This document shows, in pieces, positions 57,590 to 64,000 of a stretch of DNA of 64,000 bases. The notes beneath the pieces were generated by a model. The model was not told the DNA's origin and searched no databases. It saw nothing but the letters and a program-made list of their open reading frames with translations. The DNA lies in the NCBI GenBank assembly GCA_021784815.1, contig JAJYHK010000004.1, forward strand, positions 16,255 through 80,254. The letters are read 5' to 3'. The position numbers and the translations under genes are program-made. The stretch is from a bacterium. GTDB lineage: Bacteria; Patescibacteriota; Minisyncoccia; Phycocordibacterales; Phycocordibacteraceae. Each line of letters opens with the position of its first letter. The stretch's first letter is position 1.

Positions 57590-57789
57590 TGTGGCCGATC
57601 CTTCTCAAAGTACGGACAACCGGGATTGGCTGTCCCCGAGTATATCGTGCATTGAATAAATCAATAAGTCAAGGGCCCGTAATGGTTCAATACCTTGGAG
57701 TCACCCAAGGCATATGGCATACACCAAGAACCCGAATCGGTGCCGTCGCGCTCTGTGCGGCGGCGAGCTCTGCCTTGTAAATTCCGAAC

Positions 57790-57873
57790 TGGTGCACGGG
57801 AGAGGATTCGAACCTCCATGCCTTGCGGCGCTTGGTCCTAAACCAAGTGCGTCTACCATTTCGCCACCCGTGC
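57790..57873 (-). tRNA. tRNA-Leu(TAG)
   Basis: CTTGG-TT-TAG-GA-CCAAG; encoded CCA. Confidence 0.95.
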
Positions 57874-57934
57874 CATAGACAGCTCGCAAGCTGTCTTTCA
57901 AAGCATATCAGCATTTGGTATAGTCTCCACGTAC

Positions 57935-58007
57935 GCGCCTATAGCTCAGTTGGTAGAGCAGCTGCCTCTTAAGCAGCGGGTCCCAGGTTCGAGCCCTGGT
58001 GGGCGCA
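57935..58007 (+). tRNA. tRNA-Lys(CTT)
   Basis: GCTGC-CT-CTT-AA-GCAGC. Confidence 0.95.
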
Positions 58008-58075
58008 CCGAGTAAGCGAAGCGCACAAGGTGTGCCCGAGCGAGCAAACTGCTTTGCTCGCGTGGGAAAGTTAAG

Positions 58076-58164
58076 TGCCGAGAGTGAGATTTGAACTCAC
58101 ACGAGGATTTTTAGGCCCTCTCAGGATTTTAAGTCCTGTGCGTCTACCATTCCGCCATCTCGGC
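58076..58164 (-). tRNA. tRNA-Leu(TAA)
   Basis: CAGGA-CT-TAA-AA-TCCTG, long variable arm. Confidence 0.94.
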
Positions 58165-58289
58165 GCCCTCTCTTTTTAACACAGCTCGGTCGTTTCGTGG
58201 ACGGAGGTCTGGGCATCGCTGCGGCATCCGATTCCCGACGCATGCCGAGCGGCCGGCATGCTCCCTCCCGCCTCTTTCGAGGACTCAAG

Positions 58290-58361
58290 AGGCCTGGGCG
58301 GGAATCGGACCCGCGCATAACGGTTTTGCAGACCGTCGTGTTACCACTTCACCACCAGGCC
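58290..58361 (-). tRNA. tRNA-Cys(GCA)
   Basis: ACGGT-CT-GCA-AA-ACCGT; U73 discriminator; T-loop TCCGATT. Confidence 0.9.
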
Positions 58362-58408
58362 GTGTGCTGATGATACTATTCGCCTCCCTCTTTAGGGAAG
58401 CACGCCGC

Positions 58409-58732
58409 TCACAGTTCCCCCGAGAGCTCGTCGAGCCGCTGGCGGTTTTTCTCCCCGTTGTCGAGCTGAAAGTCGACGCGCGGGAGGGGGGAGAGACGCG
58501 TGCGTTTCTTAAGGTGGTCTGAGAAGGCTTCGCGCTGGCGGGCGAGGAAGGCGAGCGCACGCTCTGTTTGGTTGCCGGGCAGGACAGAGACGAGCACCGT
58601 CGCGTGGTCGCCGGGAGGTGAGGTGAGCGTGCGGGTCACGGTAATGAGCGATTCTGAACCCGATTCGCGCGCGATGAAGACTGCCGCCTCGCGGCCGATA
58701 ATCGCGCTCACCCGACCGGTGTGCAGGCTCAT
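58409..58732 (-). CDS. rbfA: Ribosome-binding factor A
   Basis: LITVTR....D.ATVLVSV; P.VDFQLD; directly downstream of infB. Confidence 0.82.
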   Translation of the reverse strand: MSLHTGRVSAIIGREAAVFIARESGSESLITVTRTLTSPPGDHATVLVSVLPGNQTERALAFLARQREAFSDHLKKRTRLSPLPRVDFQLDNGEKNRQRLDELSGEL

Positions 58733-60192
58733 GACCTCGTTACCCTAAACGATACAATTTCATCGCGCGATGCGATCGGGTGGCGCAGCTCGAGCTCCAC
58801 ACCGAACTCTCCCTCCGTACGAATTTCTTTAACATTGGCTCGCGCTTGCTGGAGATTGCCTATCGTACCGCGCCCGACTTCCACACCAGAGCGGAGCACC
58901 TTGATGCGCGCTCCCGTTGCAAAAGTGCCGGAGTCGAGTCGTGCCCCGGCGACCTGTTTTTTCGCAGTCGAGGAAAAGGTCTTGAGGATGGTCGCGCGCC
59001 CGAGCTCGGTCTCGGCCTCGATGATGGGTGTGCGCTCGGCGAGGAGCTCTTCAATGCGCTCGCGGAGCTCGTAGATGATGGAGAAGAATTCCATGGGAAC
59101 GCTTTCGCGCTCGGCGAGGTCCCGAGCGATCGGGTCGGCGCCTACGTTAAAGCCGATGACGATACCGCCGGCGGTTCGCGCGGTGCGGATGTCGTTCTCG
59201 GAGATGCTGCCGATTCCCGAAGCGATCACTTGCGCCGCGATGTGCGCATGGGAAATCTTCGAGAGCTCGTGGGCAATCGCCTCGATGGAACCGCTTACAT
59301 CGGCTTTTACGACGAGCGGAAGCTTGAGAACGCCTTCGGCGGATGCGGTCCTAGTCGGGATCGAGAGAAGCGCCGCCTCATGCGCGCGCGCTTCAGCGTC
59401 CTTTTTATTGCCGAGCACCGAGAAGAAATTGCCTGCCGACGGCAGCTTGCTAAAGCCGTAAATCTGCGCCGGTTCGGACGGACCAGCTGTTTGGATGCGC
59501 TTGCCGCGGAAGTCCTCAATGAACCGTACCGGCGCGTATGCGTCTCCAGCGAGCACGAACTCGCCGAGCTTGAGCGTGCCGTCTTTGACGATAAGGGTTG
59601 CCGAAGCGCCCCGACGCGGATCTTGGGTCGCTTCGAGCACGAACCCGGTCGCGCTCGCGTCAGGATCAGCGGTGAACTCGTGTATGTCCGCAGTGAGAAG
59701 GACAAGGTCGAGGAGTTCAGGGATACCTTCGCCGGTCTTTGACGAAACAGGCGCGTAGGTGATATCGCCGCCAAGCCCTTCGAGGTAAATGCCATACTCG
59801 AGCATGGAATGCTTCGCCCGCTCGGTGTCAGCGGTCGATTTATCGATCTTGGTGATGGCAACCACGTAGGGAATGCCCGCGTCCTGGATTGCCGAGAGCG
59901 CGTCGAGGGTTTGCGGCTTTACGCCCTCGTCGGCAGCCACGACGAGAATAGCGATGTCCGCTGCCGCGGCGCCCCGTGCTCGAAGCGCCTTAAAGGCTTC
60001 GTGTCCGGGCGTGTCGAGAAAGGTGATGCGGCGATCGTTATGCTCGGCAACGTACGCCGCCACGTGCTGAGTGATGCCGCCCGCCTCGAGAGCGACGACA
60101 TTCGCCTTCCGGATATAGTCTAGAAGCGAGGATTTGCCGTGGTCGATGTGGCCCATCACGACAATGACGGGTGGTCGTGCGATGCGCGCCAT
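58729..60192 (-). CDS. infB: Translation initiation factor IF-2 (no N-terminal domain)
   Basis: [41 protein letters not shown]. Confidence 0.96.
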   Translation of the reverse strand: MARIARPPVIVVMGHIDHGKSSLLDYIRKANVVALEAGGITQHVAAYVAEHNDRRITFLDTPGHEAFKALRARGAAAADIAILVVAADEGVKPQTLDALSAIQDAGIPYVVAITKIDKSTADTERAKHSMLEYGIYLEGLGGDITYAPVSSKTGEGIPELLDLVLLTADIHEFTADPDASATGFVLEATQDPRRGASATLIVKDGTLKLGEFVLAGDAYAPVRFIEDFRGKRIQTAGPSEPAQIYGFSKLPSAGNFFSVLGNKKDAEARAHEAALLSIPTRTASAEGVLKLPLVVKADVSGSIEAIAHELSKISHAHIAAQVIASGIGSISENDIRTARTAGGIVIGFNVGADPIARDLAERESVPMEFFSIIYELRERIEELLAERTPIIEAETELGRATILKTFSSTAKKQVAGARLDSGTFATGARIKVLRSGVEVGRGTIGNLQQARANVKEIRTEGEFGVELELRHPIASRDEIVSFRVTRS

Positions 60193-60244
60193 AATGCGCC
60201 TACTTCATCACAAAAAAGGTCGTCCTGCAATAACGCTATACTGT

Positions 60245-61405
60245 ATGCCTATGTGGCCGCGCAGAACCTATCTCGATTACGCCTCCGGTCCCGCGGGCAA
60301 CCCGTCCTCGCCGCATGCAGAAGGACGTCGTGCTCGCGCGCGGCTCGAGGCTGCTCGCGCGCGGATCGCGCGGCTCGTGGAAGCGAAACCGGATGACGTT
60401 GTTTTTACGAGCGGCGCAACCGAAGCGAACGCACTCGCGATTCTAGGGGTCGTCCGCGGCAGAGCGGTGGGTCAGGGCGCTCGCGCGGAGTGCGAGCCTC
60501 GGGCTTCGAACTGCCGTATTTTGTACCTGCCCGGCTCGCATACCTCGATCGTAGAAAATGTGCGTGCCGCAGCGCAAGAAGCGGGCGCGGTTGCCGAAGC
60601 TCTGCCCGTCAAGAACGCGCAGGTGGACTGCGGCGTGCTTGCGCAGCTACTCGAGGCAGGTGGCGTGCTGCTCGTCACTATGGAGGCAGTCTGCGGGGAA
60701 ACGGGGGTGGTCTGGAATACGCGCGAGGTACGGCATGTGCTCGAGCAGGTAAACGGGGTATCGCGGCCGTGGCTCCATGTGGACGCGAGCCAAGCGCCGC
60801 TTGCGGAGAAGCTGGCTCGTGCGCACTTTGGCGCGGATCTGCTGACGCTCGATGGCACGAAGGTGGGCGCCACCCATCGCGTCGGCTGCCTCGTGGCGCC
60901 GCGGACCACTCCGCTCAAGCCGCTCTATCATGGAGGACCCCAGGAGCGCGCTCTTCGGCCAGGGACGGAGGACGTGCGCGGAGCAGAAGAGTTTGCCTAC
61001 GGTCTCTCGTTTGTGGCCGCTCATCGGGATGCGTTTGTGAAGAAATCAGGGGTGCTTCGTGCGCGGCTCATCGGTGTACTCGAACGAACCGTAAATAATA
61101 TGCGTATTAACGAAGGCGGGCGGCAAGCACCGCACATTTTGAACCTTTCATTTCCGGGACGCGATACGGATTACCTCGTCGCGCTCCTCGATAATGCAGG
61201 GTTTTCGGTCTCGACGAAAAGCGCATGCGAGACCGACTCCCCCGAGGGATCGCGCGCAGTGTACGCGCTGTTTGGAGATCAAGAACGCGCGGCAACGACC
61301 TTGCGCATTTCATGGGGACCGCGCATTACGTGGCGCGACCTCGTGCGCTTCGCGCGCGCGCTGCGCGAGGCGGTCGCGTTCATTGACACATCGGCGCTTA
61401 GGTAG
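60245..61405 (+). CDS. Cysteine desulfurase-like (IscS/NifS) class V aminotransferase
   Basis: YLDYA, GNPSS, FTSGATEAN, HVDASQ, RPGTE, KSAC. Confidence 0.85.
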   Translation: MPMWPRRTYLDYASGPAGNPSSPHAEGRRARARLEAARARIARLVEAKPDDVVFTSGATEANALAILGVVRGRAVGQGARAECEPRASNCRILYLPGSHTSIVENVRAAAQEAGAVAEALPVKNAQVDCGVLAQLLEAGGVLLVTMEAVCGETGVVWNTREVRHVLEQVNGVSRPWLHVDASQAPLAEKLARAHFGADLLTLDGTKVGATHRVGCLVAPRTTPLKPLYHGGPQERALRPGTEDVRGAEEFAYGLSFVAAHRDAFVKKSGVLRARLIGVLERTVNNMRINEGGRQAPHILNLSFPGRDTDYLVALLDNAGFSVSTKSACETDSPEGSRAVYALFGDQERAATTLRISWGPRITWRDLVRFARALREAVAFIDTSALR

Positions 61406-61418
61406 CATCATAGAATCG

Positions 61419-62165
61419 ATGAATATAGAGGAACTGTCTAAATCCCAGCTCATTCTGCTCACGATCCTGGTGAATTTCGTGACCTCGATCGCGACGGGTA
61501 TTTTGACGGTCTCGCTGCTCGACCAGGCACCTCCGTCGTTGACTCAAACGATCAATCGGGTCGTCGAGCATACAGTGCAGACCATCGCGCCCCCGCAGCC
61601 GGCTGCAGTGGCGGCTGTGTCGGCTCCGTCCGACCAAGATCAGATCACGAGCGCGATTGCCGCCGCCGCTGCCCGCGCGGTGACGCTTTTTGGACCCCAG
61701 AGCAGCTCTACGCCGCGCGCACAGGGAACCTACCTGCCTGCTGTGCGCGCGGTAGTCGTGCCGATAGACGCGGGGTTACCTCAGGAAGCGTCGGTTCAGT
61801 TTGCGAATGGCACGATGGCGACCGCGATGCTCGCGGCCGAGACGCAGGGAGCGGCGCTCTACCGATTCGTGCCGGGGGCCGTACTGCCTTCGGTGCCTCC
61901 GGTGAACCTTGTTTCGACCCATGCGCTTGCGCTTGGCCAGACAGCGCTTTCAGTCACAGCTCATGGGACCGCCGCAACGGGTATTATTTCGCATACCGCC
62001 GGCGGAGTAGTGAGCACGACCCTCCCGGCGCTCGGCTCGGGCAGCGCGGTAGTCGATCTCTCGGGTAATCTTATTGGTTTACTGAGCGGGAGTACCGGCG
62101 GTGCGCTCATTAGCGCAGACGCCATTAACAGAGTGCTCACGGCAACTTCAACGCCGATCCAGTAG
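61419..62165 (+). CDS. Membrane-anchored degenerate trypsin/HtrA-like protein
   Basis: N-terminal TM; LALGQT...GIIS...GSAVVDLSGNLIGL; no clear catalytic triad. Confidence 0.65.
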   Translation: MNIEELSKSQLILLTILVNFVTSIATGILTVSLLDQAPPSLTQTINRVVEHTVQTIAPPQPAAVAAVSAPSDQDQITSAIAAAAARAVTLFGPQSSSTPRAQGTYLPAVRAVVVPIDAGLPQEASVQFANGTMATAMLAAETQGAALYRFVPGAVLPSVPPVNLVSTHALALGQTALSVTAHGTAATGIISHTAGGVVSTTLPALGSGSAVVDLSGNLIGLLSGSTGGALISADAINRVLTATSTPIQ

Positions 62166-62179
62166 TACTATTCCAATAT

Positions 62180-64000
62180 ATGCCTCCATCATTTAGTAAT
62201 TTCACCACGAAAGCCAAGGAAGCAGTACGCCGGGCCCATGAGCTCGCCATCGAGCGGGGGCAGAACCATGTCTCGCCGCTCCATCTGCTCGCTGCGCTCG
62301 TGCTCCAAGAAGAGTCGCTCGTGTTCTCCGTGCTCGACCGCATGGAAGTTGACACAGTGCTGCTTGCTGACGCAGTGCTTGAAAACCTTGAGGCGCCCGA
62401 ATCAGCCTCGGTCCTTTCTCCGTCTTATCAGATCTACCTTACGCCCGATCTCGCGAAGGCACTTGAGGAGTCCGGCAAGATTGCGGCGCGTATGAACGAT
62501 GCGTTTGTGGGCACGGAGCACCTGTTCCTCGCGATACTCGAGTACCCGGGTCCCGCTGCCGACGTGCTTGCGCGCTTCTCCATTACGCGCGACGGCGCTG
62601 TCACGATCCTCAAGGAGCTTAAGAATGCTAAGGACGGACAGGCTGCCGAACCGCGCCGCTTCCGAGCGCTCTCGAAGTACGCGCGCAATCTCAATCGCCT
62701 CGCGGCTGAAAATAAGCTCGATCCGGTTATTGGCCGCGACCTTGAGATCAACCGCGTCATCCAGATACTCGCGCGGCGCACCAAAAACAACCCGGTGCTC
62801 ATCGGAGAGGCAGGCGTCGGTAAGACGGCCATTGCCGAAGGGCTTGCAGCGCGCATGGCAGCAAACGATGTTCCGGAGTCGTTGCGCGGGAAGGAGCTCC
62901 TCTCGCTTGATCTCGGTCTTATGATCGCGGGTACGAAGTACCGCGGCGAGTTCGAGGAGCGCATGAAAAACGTCATGAAAGAGGTGGAACGCGCGGAGGG
63001 GAAAGTGATTCTTTTCATAGACGAGCTTCATACGCTCATTGGCGCGGGAGGAGCCGAAGGCTCGCTCGATGCGTCAAATATGCTGAAGCCCGCGCTTTCG
63101 CGCGGCGAGCTGCGCGTTATAGGCGCGACCACGCTCAAGGAATACCAGAAGCATATTGAAAAAGACGCGGCGCTCACGCGGCGGTTCCAGCCGGTATTCG
63201 TACAAGAGCCGAGCATTGAAGATGGTATCGCGATTCTGCGCGGCCTACGCGACAAGTACGAGCTCTACCACGGGGTGCGCATCACCGACGGTGCGATCGT
63301 AGCAGCGGTGGAGCTCGCGAGCCGGTACATTAGCGATCGCTATCTCCCCGACAAGGCGATCGATCTCGTTGACGAAGCGGCATCAGGCCTGCGTATTGCG
63401 CTTGAGAACAAACCGCCCCTCCTCGAGGAGACCGATCGTAAGATTCGCCGGCTCGAAATCGAGCGGCAGGCGCTCCAGAAGGATCTTGAGGGCGAGCACG
63501 CGAAGGAGATCAAAGAGCGTATTAAGCTCATAGATCAGGAGATCGCCGATCTCCACGAGAAAACAAGCGAGCTTGAGCTCAAATGGAAAAATGAGAAAGA
63601 GGTGCTTGAGGGTATTCGCGCATCGAAGAAAGAGCTCGAAACGCTCACCGTGCAGGCAGACAATGCCGAAGCGGCGGCTGATCTAGGCACGGCGGCAGAA
63701 ATCCGCTACGGCAAGATTCCGCATCTGCAGCGCGATCTCGAGCAGAAGCTGAAGCGGCTAAAGACCCTCCAGCGTTCGCGGCGTATCCTCAACGAGGAGG
63801 TAACCGAGCAGGATATCGCTGCGGTCGTGAGCCGCTGGACAGGCATACCAGTTTCCAAGATGCTTGAGGAGGAAATGGCTAAGCTCGCGCGCATGGAGCA
63901 ATCGCTCAAGCACAGCGTCATCGGCCAGGACGCTGCCGTGAAGAAAGTGACCGACGCGGTGAAGCGCTCGCGCGTCGGTATCAGCGATCCGAATCGCCCG
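62180..64000 (+). CDS. clpB: ATP-dependent chaperone ClpB (partial; runs off the window)
   Basis: Clp N-domain, [45 protein letters not shown], long coiled-coil middle domain. Confidence 0.92.
   Translation, partial: MPPSFSNFTTKAKEAVRRAHELAIERGQNHVSPLHLLAALVLQEESLVFSVLDRMEVDTVLLADAVLENLEAPESASVLSPSYQIYLTPDLAKALEESGKIAARMNDAFVGTEHLFLAILEYPGPAADVLARFSITRDGAVTILKELKNAKDGQAAEPRRFRALSKYARNLNRLAAENKLDPVIGRDLEINRVIQILARRTKNNPVLIGEAGVGKTAIAEGLAARMAANDVPESLRGKELLSLDLGLMIAGTKYRGEFEERMKNVMKEVERAEGKVILFIDELHTLIGAGGAEGSLDASNMLKPALSRGELRVIGATTLKEYQKHIEKDAALTRRFQPVFVQEPSIEDGIAILRGLRDKYELYHGVRITDGAIVAAVELASRYISDRYLPDKAIDLVDEAASGLRIALENKPPLLEETDRKIRRLEIERQALQKDLEGEHAKEIKERIKLIDQEIADLHEKTSELELKWKNEKEVLEGIRASKKELETLTVQADNAEAAADLGTAAEIRYGKIPHLQRDLEQKLKRLKTLQRSRRILNEEVTEQDIAAVVSRWTGIPVSKMLEEEMAKLARMEQSLKHSVIGQDAAVKKVTDAVKRSRVGISDPNRP

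Noticed and set aside
58729-60192. Truncated IF-2 (also short ValRS and S1) as pseudogenes or novelty
   Set aside because: Catalytic motifs are intact and such shortening is usual in reduced CPR genomes.

Overview
A 64-kb chromosomal segment that looks like a Patescibacteria (CPR, Parcubacteria-type) genome. This is inferred from the short IF-2, S1 and ValRS, mostly CCA-less tRNAs, a VirB2-like pilin array and the absence of biosynthetic genes. The core genes include lepA, murJ, valS, tsaD, orn, rlmB, ftsA/ftsZ, ybeY, rpsU, lepB, pth, rpsA, gyrA, rbfA, infB and clpB. RNA genes are RNase P RNA and 10 tRNAs. Accessory material sits at about 0.7-10 kb (two P-type ATPases, a frameshifted PKD surface protein, a MITE-like element) and downstream of tRNA-Gly and tRNA-Ser. 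The unexplained signals are: (i) two 79-nt hairpins in opposite orientation with a conserved core and differing but still-pairing outer stems; (ii) a 33-bp att-like repeat in 3 copies and homologous recombinase-like C-terminal stubs behind two tRNAs; (iii) ~90-bp direct repeats headed by an antisense tRNA T-arm that bracket the Mg2+ ATPase gene; (iv) a proteobacterial-type RpoH with an altered region 4.2; (v) a six-gene pilin array coupled to a methyltransferase and a solute-binding protein; (vi) a 26-aa acidic microprotein gene with its own promoter and terminator. All calls were made by eye, with no database searches.
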